This document shows positions 8,674-20,300 of a stretch of 41,787 bases of DNA, piece by piece. A model generated the notes under the pieces. That model saw only the letters and a list, made by a program, of their open reading frames with translations. It ran no database searches and was not told where the DNA came from. How positions within the stretch are numbered: the first letter of the stretch is position 1; each line of letters starts with the position of its first letter. The translations under genes and the position numbers were made by a program. Origin of the DNA: Kiritimatiellia bacterium (GTDB taxonomy: Bacteria > Verrucomicrobiota > Kiritimatiellia > RFP12 > UBA1067); assembly GCA_017463935.1 (NCBI GenBank), contig JAFUEM010000024.1, forward strand, positions 1 through 41,787, read 5' to 3'.

Positions 8674-10263
8674 ATGGAGAAGGTGGCGACAGACATCTAT
8701 TCGTTCGCGGAGCTGCGGAACGAGGGTTTCACATACGTCGACAAGACGCATGAACTTTACGCGATGGCGTCGGGAGACGTCGGCAAGCAGTTCTTCATCG
8801 CGCGTCCGCGTCGCTTCGGCAAGTCGCTCGCCGTCTCGACGCTGAAGGCGCTGTTCGAGGGGCGTCGCGAACTTTTCAAGGGTCTCGCCATCGAGCCCCT
8901 CTGGGACTGGTCGAAAAGGTGGCCCGTGCTGCATCTCGACATGGGGTCGATGCAGGCGCGAGACGTCGACGAGTTCAGAGAGCTGCTTGTCAGACAGCTG
9001 GAGAGAAGGGCGTCCGAGTTCGGCATTGAATGTCCGAAAGCGGACATCCCGTCGGAAATGTTCACGTCACTCATCGACGCGCTTGCCGCGAAGTCGCCGG
9101 ACGGACGGATGGTGCTTCTGGTGGACGAGTACGACAAGCCGCTTCTGGGGCATCTGATGAAGCCGGACGTGACGGATTTCCGTGACGAGCTGAAGGCGTT
9201 CTACTCCGTCATCAAGACTCTCGAGGCAAGGCAGCGCTTCACGTTCATCACGGGCGTGAGCAAGTTCTCGAAGGTGTCGATATTCTCCGATCTGAACAAC
9301 CTCAACGACTGGACGATGGATGCGACCGTCGCCACGCTCTTCGGCTATACGCACGAGGATGTCCTGAAGTATTTCCAGGGGCGCATACACGCGCTCGCCG
9401 AGGCGCACGGCCTTGCCGACGAGGAGGCGTTTGCGGAGATTGTCAAGTGGTATGACGGCTACAAGTTCCACCCGGCGGCACAGCCAGTCATCAACCCCGT
9501 CTCGCTCGGGCTCTGCTTTCAGAAGAACGACTTCGCCAACTACTGGTCGCAGACCGCGCTGCCGACGTTTCTGGTCGATATCCTGCGCAAGAAGCCGCTC
9601 GATTTCTCGTCCATCGACATATCCGAGTCGGAGCTCGGGAACTACGAGCCGACCAACCCGCGCGACACCACGCTCCTCTACCAGACCGGCTACCTGACGA
9701 TTTCCGGCTTTCGGAACATCGGCGGCTCGCGCCTCTATTCGCTCGACTTCCCGAACCGCGAAGTGCGCGAGTCGTTTCTGCACGATCTCGCGCCCGTGTA
9801 TTCCGGGCTTCGCGAGGACATTGCGGGCTCCGCGCAGATTGCGGCCATTACCGCGCTTTACGACCATGACGTGCCGAAGTTCCTGAAGGCGCTCAGAACG
9901 TTCTTTTCCAACATCCCGTACAGCCTCACGGACCGCCAGAACGAGCAGATGTGGCAGACGGTCGTGTACGTGATCCTGCGGCTCATCGGCGTGAGCGCCG
10001 AGGGCGAGGTGCAGACGAACGAAGGGCGCATCGACCTTGTCGCGAAGACGCCGGGCGACATCTACATCGTCGAATTCAAGCTGGACCGCCCGGCCGCCGA
10101 GGCGATGGAGCAGATCAAGGGCAGGGACTATGCCGGAAAATATGCCCTCGACGGTCGGCGCGTCACGCTTGTCGGCATTTCGTTCTCGTCGGAGAAGCGC
10201 ACCATCGTCGAGGAACTCGTCGAGGAGTTTCCGCAGGGCGGCAAGGTCAGAGGTGGGATGTGA
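8674..10263 (+). CDS. AAA-ATPase-like + PD-(D/E)XK nuclease (PDDEXK_9) protein, copy 1
   Basis: YVDKT, RPRRFGKS, LLVDEYDKP, FITGVSKF, WYDGY, LYQTGYLTI, FPNREV, GRIDL..YIVEFK. Confidence 0.92.
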   Translation: MEKVATDIYSFAELRNEGFTYVDKTHELYAMASGDVGKQFFIARPRRFGKSLAVSTLKALFEGRRELFKGLAIEPLWDWSKRWPVLHLDMGSMQARDVDEFRELLVRQLERRASEFGIECPKADIPSEMFTSLIDALAAKSPDGRMVLLVDEYDKPLLGHLMKPDVTDFRDELKAFYSVIKTLEARQRFTFITGVSKFSKVSIFSDLNNLNDWTMDATVATLFGYTHEDVLKYFQGRIHALAEAHGLADEEAFAEIVKWYDGYKFHPAAQPVINPVSLGLCFQKNDFANYWSQTALPTFLVDILRKKPLDFSSIDISESELGNYEPTNPRDTTLLYQTGYLTISGFRNIGGSRLYSLDFPNREVRESFLHDLAPVYSGLREDIAGSAQIAAITALYDHDVPKFLKALRTFFSNIPYSLTDRQNEQMWQTVVYVILRLIGVSAEGEVQTNEGRIDLVAKTPGDIYIVEFKLDRPAAEAMEQIKGRDYAGKYALDGRRVTLVGISFSSEKRTIVEELVEEFPQGGKVRGGM

Positions 10264-10373
10264 AGCGTGTGTGTATTCGGTCTTCGTCCGCGTCAGCGAA
10301 CTCGGGAATCGTCGAGAGCTGCGGCGGCAAGAAAACCGGCGGATGCTGCCGGAAGGAGGGCGAGGAACGATGA
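10260..10373 (+). other. 37-codon mini-ORF/stub coupled at both ends
   Basis: GTGA overlap with the AAA stop and ATGA overlap with ATG 10370. Reads VKRVCIRSS...KEGEER*. Confidence 0.4.
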
Positions 10374-13300
10374 AGAAAGCCGTGCCAGAAGACATGAAGG
10401 ATGCTCACGGCCTCTCGATAGATGTCTCCGTAGTCGTCCCGACCCATCGCCGTCATCAGTTTCTGAAGGATGCGCTTCAAAGCGTGTTCAAGCAGAAAGG
10501 CGTCGGTTTTGAGGTGATAGTCGTAAACGGCGTCGAGGACGACACGGATACGGATGCAGTCGTATCCGAATTCGACGTTGTCAAATACATACGGTCGAAA
10601 GAATATCTGTCCTGCAGTTCGAAGCGGGCCTTGGGGCTGTCGCTTGCAAAAGGCAGATACATCCATTTCATCGATGACGACGACTACATGATCGATGACG
10701 ATTTCTACAGGAAGGCCGTCGCCTTGCTGGATTCCAACGGCGAAATATCGTCGTTCTCCGGCAACTCCAGATTCCGGTTCGAAAGCACGGAAGGCGGAGA
10801 GCCGAAGTACAGCGATGCCGCGCCGCTGCCTTCGGGGCGCATCAACGGGCTTGAATACTTCAAAGTGCCAGCTGGAATGGGGCAAGCCCGACTTGATGGC
10901 GACGGTATTCCGCAAAGCGGCTCTTGTCGCCGACGATACCCTGCGGGAAGTCAACGATTCTTCGATCTATCTTCAATCCCTGCTGCACGGCGACGCATTC
11001 ATAATCGAAGATCGCGTTTGCGTTTACCGCAAGTGGGGCGGCTCCATCAGCCATGGTGGCGAAGGGAACGACTTGCGGCTGAAGATGGATACGGCCATTC
11101 AGAAAGAGCGCTTCTACCGTATCGTCGCCGGCAAAATCGCCGATGCCGGCAAGTGGTGGCGCGGAACGTTCGCCATGAACCTCAACTATTTCAGGCGTTC
11201 GACGCCCGATGTGCTGGAAATGGTGCTGTTCGCGGCGTGGGGCGTGCTCCATTCCCATGGAGATGGAGAGCTCGCGACCGAGTGCGCTGCGGCACTTGCC
11301 GCGATGCGGCCCGGAGCATTCGCGGGCCTGCCCAGCATGTCAAGTCGCCCCAGGATGTTGCTGCATCTCAGAGCGGCGCTTCACAAAATATTCCTCGGCG
11401 CCGCTGGAAACTATGAACCATATTATTCGCAGTTGATGGCGGACTTGGATGCCGAAATACGAAGAAACGGCCAAGTTTCCGATTTGGGCTTGGCGTATTT
11501 CACCGGCTTCCGCAATTTCGGCGATTTGCTCGGGTGCAGCCTTGTTGAATATCTTTGCGGCCTGCACATGTGCAACCAACCGCTTGGCGCGGCAGACATC
11601 GTGTCGGTCGGCTCGCTGCTTCAGGGTCTGTCCTGCCGCTTTGCCCAAGCGCAGGCGACCGCCGCCCCGCTTCACGTCTGGGGAAGCGGATTCCTCCATC
11701 CCGTCGAGCTTGGCAGGCCGCCTGTCAAGGGACGCGTGGTGTTTCACGCGGTCCGCGGGCGGAATACGCTCGCGCAGCTCCGGGAAACGGGACTCGTCGA
11801 TCCGGGCGAAGCTGTCGCCCTGGGCGACCCCGGCCTTTTTTACGCAGATCTGGTGCCAGGCGTCGAAAAGACGAAGAAAGAGTTCGACGTCGCCATCGTG
11901 CCGCACCATCTGGACAGCGAAGAGTTCAAAGCCGTCGCCGACGAACTGGCTTCGCAGGGTCTATCCGTAAAGTTCGTCGATGTCCGTCACGCCAACCCTA
12001 TGCAAGTCGTGCGCGACATCGCGGCATCGCGCAAGGTGCTGTCCTCTTCACTGCATGGAATCATCGTAGCCGACTCGCTCGGCATACCAAACGGGCGCAT
12101 TGTCGTGGATGGCTTTGAAACCGACGAAGAGAGGATGCGCAACGAAAGCGACTACAAATTTTCCGATTACTATTCCGCATTCGGCTTGGAGTGCCCAGAA
12201 CACATCAGCCTTTCAGAGTTGAAGCGCTCTCCCCGCAAGACCATTGAAAGCATGGTCGATTTCGTTCCGCAGGAAAAAGTGGAGGAGTGCAAGCGCAATT
12301 TGCTGGCCGCGTTTCCGTTCCCGAGGCGCGCGTCCGCCGCCGCCTTTCAAGATGTGCCGCAGTCGCCGGGCGTATCCGTAGTCGTCCCGATATGCAACAG
12401 CGAATACTATCTCCGGGAATGCTTGGATAGCGTGCTTTCCCAGGAGGAGTTCGCTTCGTTTGAATTGATATGCGTCGATGACGGCTCGACCGATTCTTCG
12501 GCCGCAATCGTGGAAGCCTACGCCGCAAGCGACCGCCGCGTCAGATTGCTCAGGCAAAAAAACGCCGGTCCCGGCGTCGCGCGCAATGCAGGGCTCGACG
12601 CCGCGCGCGGAGAATACATCTTCTTCCTCGACGCGGACGACCGCCTCTCCTGCGGCGAGGCGCTTCGCGAGGCGTACGAACAGGCGAAGGCGGACGACCT
12701 CGACGTCCTGCTCGCCGACGCCAACGACATGTCGGAAATCGGCAACGTGACGCGCAGCAACAAATATCTCTTGCGCGACCTACTTCCGGCTGCGCGCGTA
12801 TTCCCGCCGGAATCGCTAGGTGCAAATCTTTATATTGCGGCGACAATGTCGCCTTGGGCAAAACTGTTCCGGCGGCAATTCCTTGAAAAGAACGCGCTCA
12901 GGTTTCCGGCGCTCAAGCGGTCGGAGGATTTCCCGTTTGTACAGTTGGCAATGTCGCTCGCGCGTCGTATCGGCGCGTTGATCCGTACGGCGGTCGATCA
13001 CCGAATCGGCGTGGCGACGTCGCTGGAATCTACCAAGGACGAGACCCCGCTCGCATTCGCCGAGGCCGAACGGATATTTAGGGATTCCCTGTCCGAACAC
13101 GGCCTGCTGGACAAGTTCAGGGAGTCGGACAATGTCGCGCATGCTATCTATATTGCGTACAACCTGCACAGATTACGGCGTTTTTCTGATTTCAGGGCAG
13201 TTGCACAATATTGCGCGAAGGTATTCCCAGGTCTCAAGTTGAAAGGCGATGAAGCAAGTATATCTGCTTTTTCATATACGCATAAGCGCCTTGCGAATAT

Positions 13301-13937
13301 CGCTGCGACGGCGAATGACACGGATAGTTTGGCGGATGTCTTTGCCGAGATTAGAGCCATGGCGCGTGTAGAGGCCTTTCGCAATTCAAGCGAAGCGACC
13401 CTTGCGGCGAAGGACGCGGCGCTGGAGCAGCTGCGTGGCGCGACGGTGCAGCTCAGGGACAATATCGAGAAGCTGCGAGAAGCGATTGCGGCGAAGGACG
13501 CGGCGCTGGAGCAGCTGCGTGGCGCGACGGTGCAGCTCAGGGACAATATCGAAAAGCAGCGCGAGGCGATGGCCGCGAAAGATGCGTCCTTGGAAAAACA
13601 GCGCGAAACCACGGCGCAGCTCAGGGGCAATATCGAGAAGCTGCGCGAGGCGGTCAAAGTCAAAGATGAGGCGTTGGAACAACTGCGGGGAAACGCCAAA
13701 CGGCTGCGCGAGGCGAATGCCGCGAAAAACGCGGCGCTGGTGCAGTTGCGCGGTGCGACGGTACGGCTCCGCGCAGTGATTGAACAGCAGAGAAAGTCCA
13801 TGGCCGACAAAACCAAAGCGGTGATTGACCGCGACGCTGCAATTGAAAGATTGCGTTGCGATGTCGTCGAAAGGCAGCGTGCCGTGGACAGCTGTGCGCA
13901 AACAATCAGGCATTTAAAGGAAATCGTAGATCTATGA
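10370..13937 (+). pseudogene. Multidomain GT2 + polysaccharide pyruvyltransferase + GT2 + coiled coil, interrupted by a +1 frameshift near 10862-10864
   Basis: First frame: VSVVVPT..YIHFIDDDD up to LEYFK. Next frame continues CQLEWGKPD, then NFGDLL, VGSLL, AVRG, LGDPGL, SSSLHGIIVADSLGIP (pyruvyltransferase) and a second GT2 (CVDDGSTD, FLDADD). Confidence 0.8.
13402..13780 (+). repeat. 84-bp (28-aa, 4-heptad) tandem repeats encoding a coiled coil
   Basis: Units start at 13402, 13486, 13570, 13654, plus a partial unit. Consensus AAKDAALEQLRGATVQLRDNIEKLREAI. The first two units are nearly identical in DNA. Confidence 0.9.
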
Positions 13938-15349
13938 AACAGTTGAAGAAGCCATCCAGAAACGGAATGCCTGAAGGAACGCCGGATGTCACGGTCATTA
14001 CCGTTGTTTTCAACGCGTTCAAAGGCGCGGGCGAAACCGCGCTCAGGGAATGTCTGGATTCCGTCCAGAATCAGACAGATATTCGGATCGAGCATCTGAT
14101 CATCGACGGGGCGTCGAACGACGGCACGACCGAGTTCATCTCCGGATACGACAATCAAAACCATCCCATCGTGTTCATCTCTGAACCGGACAAGGGAATC
14201 TACGACGCGATGAACAAAGGCATCGCCCAGGCTTCCGGCGAATATGCGATTTTTCTCAATTCGGACGACTTTTTCCACAATCCCGCCGGGATGCGCGAAT
14301 CGGTCAAACGTCTTCGCGAGACGGGTTGTGATTTCTCGTATGCGCCTGTCGTCGTGCTGCGGGATGGGCAGGTTCGCGACGTGCTCCATTCGCACGCGGA
14401 CGGGCGGTTGATTTTCTGCTCGATGCCTTTCTCCCATCAATCAATGGTGTCGAAGACCGACGTCCTGAGAAAAATGAATAGCTACGATATTTCCTATCGC
14501 AGTTCGGCGGATTACGACTTGATTCTCCGGATGGTGCTGTCCGGATGCACGGCCTGCTACGTCGATTGCGCGTTTTCTACGTTTCGTGTCGGCGGCTTTT
14601 CGCTCCAGAACATCGATACGAGCCAGCGCGAATGTGCACTTATCTATTCGCGGTTGCTGCCGCCTGTCACCGGGTATCCGCTTTCGCCGGAAAAAGCGCA
14701 CAGGATGTTCGTCTGGAAGATCATCCCGCGCGAAACGAAGGTGGCGCTGATCGACCGCTACACCCGCTCGTTCAGAAAGTGGCAGCCGCCGCTCGGGAAA
14801 ATCACGCCGCCTGAGAACGCCGAAACGCATGTGCTCGCGACGCGCTTCACGCGTTCCGCTGCCGACGACTGGGTTGACAGGCAGATTCCCGTCTGGCAGT
14901 TTGACGAATGCAAAAAAGTGTTTGCCGGCGAGCCGGCGCAGGATATCGTCTGGGCAAGCGATTTCTGGCATTTGTATTCATCGTATCTTTATGCAAAAAA
15001 CGGCGTCCGATGCGGCAAGAATCTCGGGATTCTCTTCCGCATCCCCGAAAATCTCAGGGGCGTGCGTACGCGTTTGCGCATTGCGTTTTCGCCGTTCTTC
15101 CGTCCGGACATGCCCAGACAGAGGTTTCGCTTCGCGGTAAACGGAAAGGTTTTCGCGGAAGTATCGGTAAAACGCTCTGTGTCGGTTGTTTGTGAGCTCC
15201 CGCTCCCGCAGGATGTCGCGGAGGATGGCTTTCTCGGCATAGAGATAGATAGCGGAGACGCCACGATCGCAGCATATTTCGGAAAGTCGATGGATTTGAG
15301 ACCTCAGGGATTTTTGTTCAGTTATGCAAAAGTGGAGGTCGCAGAATGA
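13934..15349 (+). CDS. Glycosyltransferase family 2 (WcaE-like) with extra C-terminal beta domain
   Basis: VTVITVVFN, IIDGASNDGT, SEPDKGIYDAMNKG, FLNSDD, HQS, ADYDL. ATGA-coupled. Confidence 0.9.
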   Translation: MKQLKKPSRNGMPEGTPDVTVITVVFNAFKGAGETALRECLDSVQNQTDIRIEHLIIDGASNDGTTEFISGYDNQNHPIVFISEPDKGIYDAMNKGIAQASGEYAIFLNSDDFFHNPAGMRESVKRLRETGCDFSYAPVVVLRDGQVRDVLHSHADGRLIFCSMPFSHQSMVSKTDVLRKMNSYDISYRSSADYDLILRMVLSGCTACYVDCAFSTFRVGGFSLQNIDTSQRECALIYSRLLPPVTGYPLSPEKAHRMFVWKIIPRETKVALIDRYTRSFRKWQPPLGKITPPENAETHVLATRFTRSAADDWVDRQIPVWQFDECKKVFAGEPAQDIVWASDFWHLYSSYLYAKNGVRCGKNLGILFRIPENLRGVRTRLRIAFSPFFRPDMPRQRFRFAVNGKVFAEVSVKRSVSVVCELPLPQDVAEDGFLGIEIDSGDATIAAYFGKSMDLRPQGFLFSYAKVEVAE

Positions 15350-17307
15350 AAACCTTGCTTGACGTTTCCAATGTAATCCAGAATCGCTTGACGCTGGCGA
15401 TCGTTTCGGCTTATGCGCGCAGGGGGGGGGGGGAGCTTCCTGAGCTTTATGCAAATACGGCATCGGTCGCGCAAATCCGCAAGTTCCTCGCCGAAAAGAC
15501 CCCCTGCACGAGGTGGCGGTTCTTTGTTGCACATGTCGATCCTTATGCCGATATGGTTGCCTGGCTTGAAAAAGGTCTTGCGTTCAAGTCGGCGAAAGGC
15601 GGTCTCGCGCTTCGCGGTTCCGCCAGATTTTTAAGCTTTTGCTGCCGTGTCCTTCTTCCATTGTTCACGGTGCTCAGCAAGCGCTCGGCGAAAAAGAATT
15701 CGTTGCTTGCGAAGTATGACGAGTTTTTGACTGTTTATCGCCCCGCACCTGCCTCTATCGTCCAGAGCGGACTCAAAATCGTTTCCGTCCTGCCGAATCC
15801 GGCGGCGATGAAGTTCCCGGAGAAATTCTTCAAGGATTCCAACTACGACTGGATGCGGAACCGTTTTCGCAGGCTTACGGACAAGGATGTCGTAATTCCC
15901 GCCCCCGACGCATGCAAGGAGGACATGCTTGTCTATGGGCCCGGTCTTCGCGAAGAGAACATTTTGAATGTCGCGCGCCCCGGCTCGGACGTCGATACAT
16001 GGGCGGATGGCATCGTTGCCGGGAAGCCGACAGGAGGGCGAGGCTACTACATCAACAACTGGCACAACAACGCCCCTCGCTCCGAGCTGCCTCGACCGCT
16101 TCTCGTCGGCGATATCGCCGTCATGCGGTGCCGCTTCCGCCTGGCGAAATCCTACAACGTCCCGGTCGATGGATTTGGCACGGCGTTGAAGTTGGGCGAT
16201 CCCCGCTTTGCCGCGCAGTTGAAGTCTTTCCTCCGCGCACATCCCTACAAATATACGTCGGCGGTTTTCATGGTCGGCAACCAGCTTGCGCAAAAGCCTG
16301 CGCAGGACATGCGGATTCTCAAGGAGCTTCAGGAGCTTGCCGGATGCGAGGCCATGCTTTGCTCGCCGTTTCCTGCGCACATGCAGGAGAAGAAGTATGT
16401 CGGCGCGGTAAACGCGGAGATGGCGGCCGGCCAGCGCGACTACATGGCGATGCTGGCAACGCGGCTCGGGTGGCGTTTCGTCGACGTGTTCCAGTACGTG
16501 ATGGAAGAGGCGCATACCGACGAAAGCACGGCGTTCTGCGCCGGGCGTTCGCATGTCGGCATGTCGCATTCGCTTCGCTCTCCCGACAAGACGAGCGCGC
16601 AGCAGATCAACGACGACGCGACCGCGATCCTGGCGATGGCGCTGGGGCTGAAGGAAGACGACGGCCCCGCCCAGAAGAGCGTCTATGAAGAACTTTTCAA
16701 GGCCGGCAAGATCGCGCCCGGCGAGGCCAAGCTCGAGTTCGAGGAGTGGGAAACGTTGACCATCAACGAGAACAGGCACTGCCGCTATCTGTTTGTCGGC
16801 GGCTGCCTCTTGCGCGACTGTTGCGCGGCGAGCGCCAAGCTGAAGTCGAAGCCTACGTCCGAGGTGTATGCGTCAAGCCACTCGATAGCCGATCCGGCAT
16901 ACATCGAGGGCCTGAAGTGCATGATGGAGGGCAAGACTTACGATGTCGCCTACTTCAATTTCGGTGCGCATTTCTTCCTGCATACGCGCGAAGAGTTCAC
17001 AAAGGCGTTCGACGAGATTCTTTCGATCCTGGCGGCGCATGCGCCGAAAGTCGTGCTGCTGACGCTGCCGGAGCTTGCCTCGACGGGCGAGTCGGATCGC
17101 GAGGAGTGCGACTTCAAGAACGAGAAGATCCGTTGGGCGAACGACCAGCTGCTCACGGTTTACTCGAAGAAGTACCCGGTCGTCCCCGTCCACCAGATGG
17201 CGCTCAAGTACGCCGCGCACCGCTGCGACTACTTCCATTTCGAGCGAAGCGTGTACGACGCGCTTTTCAAGGAGATCCAGGAGCAGATCGGCGAACCCGC
17301 CGAATAA
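15346..17307 (+). CDS. Hypothetical protein with degenerate SGNH-like domain(s) and a 5' poly-G tract
   Basis: C-terminal YLFVGGCL..YFNFGAH..DYFHF resembles SGNH blocks I/III/V. ATGA-coupled, 653 aa open frame. Confidence 0.6.
   Translation: MKTLLDVSNVIQNRLTLAIVSAYARRGGGELPELYANTASVAQIRKFLAEKTPCTRWRFFVAHVDPYADMVAWLEKGLAFKSAKGGLALRGSARFLSFCCRVLLPLFTVLSKRSAKKNSLLAKYDEFLTVYRPAPASIVQSGLKIVSVLPNPAAMKFPEKFFKDSNYDWMRNRFRRLTDKDVVIPAPDACKEDMLVYGPGLREENILNVARPGSDVDTWADGIVAGKPTGGRGYYINNWHNNAPRSELPRPLLVGDIAVMRCRFRLAKSYNVPVDGFGTALKLGDPRFAAQLKSFLRAHPYKYTSAVFMVGNQLAQKPAQDMRILKELQELAGCEAMLCSPFPAHMQEKKYVGAVNAEMAAGQRDYMAMLATRLGWRFVDVFQYVMEEAHTDESTAFCAGRSHVGMSHSLRSPDKTSAQQINDDATAILAMALGLKEDDGPAQKSVYEELFKAGKIAPGEAKLEFEEWETLTINENRHCRYLFVGGCLLRDCCAASAKLKSKPTSEVYASSHSIADPAYIEGLKCMMEGKTYDVAYFNFGAHFFLHTREEFTKAFDEILSILAAHAPKVVLLTLPELASTGESDREECDFKNEKIRWANDQLLTVYSKKYPVVPVHQMALKYAAHRCDYFHFERSVYDALFKEIQEQIGEPAE
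15422..15433 (+). repeat. G12 homopolymer (candidate phase-variation tract, currently in frame)
   Basis: a-GGGGGGGGGGGG-agc at codons ~26-30 of 15346..17307. Confidence 0.85.
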
Positions 17308-17343
17308 GTGACGACATGACAGGAGCTGAAAGGAAGTGGCGCC

Positions 17344-20300
17344 ATGAGTAGAGCATGCACTATGGGATTTGCGATCGTGGGAGCGTTCGCATCTTTTTCC
17401 AGTACCTTCTCGTCGCAGGTGGAAAGCGAGACGGACGAAGTCTTGCCCGTTGCCGCCATCCGGTTTGCGACGACTGCGCCTGCGCTCGGACAGGCCGTCG
17501 AGACGACGCTCTCCGGCGCGCTGTCCGACCCGGGCTATCGCTGGATTTCGTGGCCGGCGTGCGGCGATGCGGCGGAGGGAGTTGAGGTCGGCACGGGCGC
17601 GTCGTACGTCCCGACCGAGGACGACCTCGAGCGTTGGCTGCAAGTCCAGGTCTGGCAGGGCGACACGCTCGTATGCAGCAATGCGCTGTATTTCAGCCGT
17701 CTGCCGGTCGTCTACCTGACGACGGACGACGGCTTCGCCGTGACCAACAAGGAATACGTCTCGGCATCGCTGAAGATTCAAGGCAATTCCGAGTTCGCCC
17801 AGCAATACGACGGTGCTACGCAGGTGAAAGGTCGCGGCAATTCGTCGTGGTCGATCTACCCGCAGAAATCGTATAAACTCAAGCTTGACAAGAAGACCGA
17901 CCTGTTCGGATTCGGGAAGAACAAGCATTGGGTGCTGGTATCGTGTTTCCACGACAGGGCGCTTCTGCGCAACAAGTTCGCGAGCGAACTTGGCAAAGCC
18001 CTCGGCATCGTCGGCATGGACATGACATGGGTCGATGTAGTTTACAACGGTGAATATCATGGCGTCTATATGCTTTGCGAACATCTTCGCGTCGGCGACA
18101 ACCGCGTCGAGATTTTCGACTGGGAGGACGAAGCGGAGTCCGTGGCAGGCAAGCTGTACAAGGCTGTCAAATCCGCTGCCGCGCTGACGGCGGAGGATAA
18201 ATCGGCGCTCGAAACGCAGATGTCCGAGGATTTGTCCTGGATGTCCGATGGATTGCTCGTATTCAAGGGACAGACCTACGACTTGTCGGACTACGGCCTG
18301 AAGAAGGATTATGATTTTTCTGGCGGGTATCTTTTCGAAGTGGATGACAGGCTTAGCGGTGTTTCGCGGTTCAGGACGCCGGAAGGCGTGAAGGTGCTTG
18401 TCGACAAGCCTGAATTCGCCAAGAGCAACGCCGAGATGTTCAGCGTGGCGACATCGCTCTGGGCGCGTTTCGAAGCGGCGTACAAGTCGGCGGACGGGCG
18501 CAGCGGCGACGGTACGCGCTATACCGAAATAGCCGACCTCGATTCCATGGCGGCATTTTGGCTTGTCAACGAACTCTTTGGGCAGAACGACACTGCCAAC
18601 AGCCGGTTCAGTTTTATCGACCAAGGCGGGAAACTGACGTTCGGGCCTGTCTGGGATTACGACTACAGTTCTGCCGCAGGATTGCTTGCATCACAAGCAG
18701 GCTTGAGTTTTACGACATTTTTCAACCGGAACGCCGACAACTGGTTCCGCGATTGGGTGCGCCACCAGGATTTCAGAAGCCGCGTCATCGAGCTGTACTG
18801 GCGGATTGCGCGCCCCCAAATGTTGGAAATCGCCGATTCGCCGGCACTTGAAGAACTGATAACCCGCCTGTCTGAAGCGGGTGCGGCCGAAGACGCCCGC
18901 TGGGGGGCGTATCCAAATCCCTACCGCGCCGAGGCGGTGATGCCGTCACATGCTGAAGACGTCGAGAACTGGCACAGTTACATCTTGAGGCACCTCGCGT
19001 GGCTGGATGTGCAGTTTTCCTCCGAGAAGTCTTTTGCGCAGTGCTTGAAAACAGTCTGTCCAGACCAGGGGTGCATAGCCTATGATTTGGCCGGCGGCGC
19101 GACCACGAGCGAACTCCGGACGCTCGTCGATCCAGATGCGTGGTTCAACATATCCCGCCCAAAGCGCCAGGGCTACGTGTTCGCCGGATGGACGGCCAGC
19201 GGCGACATCTCGGCGAAAGCCAGATGGTCGGTGCAGCGCAACACATCGCAGCCGATGACATCCGCGACTCTCTGCGGAACAAACAGCAATTACTGCGCGT
19301 TCAGGGGATTGGCCGAGCCGGGCGGCGTCGTCTGCCTGCGCGCGAACTGGGTTCGTCCAGGCGGCGGCTATGCCATCGAGTACGATCTGGCCGACGGGCG
19401 GGCCGAAGCGACGTATCCGGTTTCGGCTGCCAAGGATGAAGATCTGGAACTCCCCGCGCCAGTGCGCAATGGCTATGAGTTCGCCGGGTGGTCGTTGGAA
19501 GGAAGTCTTGCAGAAGAAGCGTCTTTTTCTGTTCCGGGCGCCGATGCGTCCGGATTGTCCGGTGCCATCGCGTATGGCGGTGGTTTCGAGCGTTGCAAAT
19601 TCCGCAACCTGGCCGTGTCTGGAGGTTTTGTGCGCCTCACGGCGCGTTGGACGATTCCCGGCGGCTATGCCGTCGAGTACGAACTCGGCGGCGGCAAGGC
19701 GGGTTCTTCGTATCCGGCTTCGATCGCGCGCAAGGGCTGGCTCTACTTGAAAACGCCGGTGAAAGAGGGCTATGTCTTCGCCGGGTGGTCGCTCGTCGGC
19801 GATCTTTCCGCCTCTGGACGCTATTCGACCCAATCGGGCGTCTCGCAGCTGCTCGATCCTGCGGCACCGTCTTATGGCGGCGGACACGACTATTGCTCGT
19901 TCTATGGCCTGCTCAAAGAGGCTGGCGTCGTTCGCTTGTGCGCGAACTGGGCCGTTCCCAAAGGGTATGCCGTCGAATACGATCTGGCAGGCGGCGTCGC
20001 AACCGGCACATACGCGGCTTTGTTCAAGGCGGCGGTCTGGACGACCGTGCCAGCGCCGCGCCGCGATGGATACTCGTTTGCGGGATGGATTGTCGAAGGG
20101 GCGGAGATCGGCTCCAATGCGCGTTACTCTGTCGTGGCCAACGAACGCCATCCTGTTCTCGCCGGGACGCCGTGCGGTGCTGGTTACTCAAGATGCTCGT
20201 TCAAGGAGTTGACGAATGCCGGCGGAGCTGTTCGCCTAACTGCGCAATGGCAGAGTGTCATTACCAAGTCTTCTCAGCTGAAAGCCATCTCCATGCAGAT

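Noticed and set aside
10037-11416. ORF-track proteins 10037..11416 and 10695..13937 as two independent genes
   Set aside because: Better explained as one gene from ATG 10370 with a frameshift near 10863.
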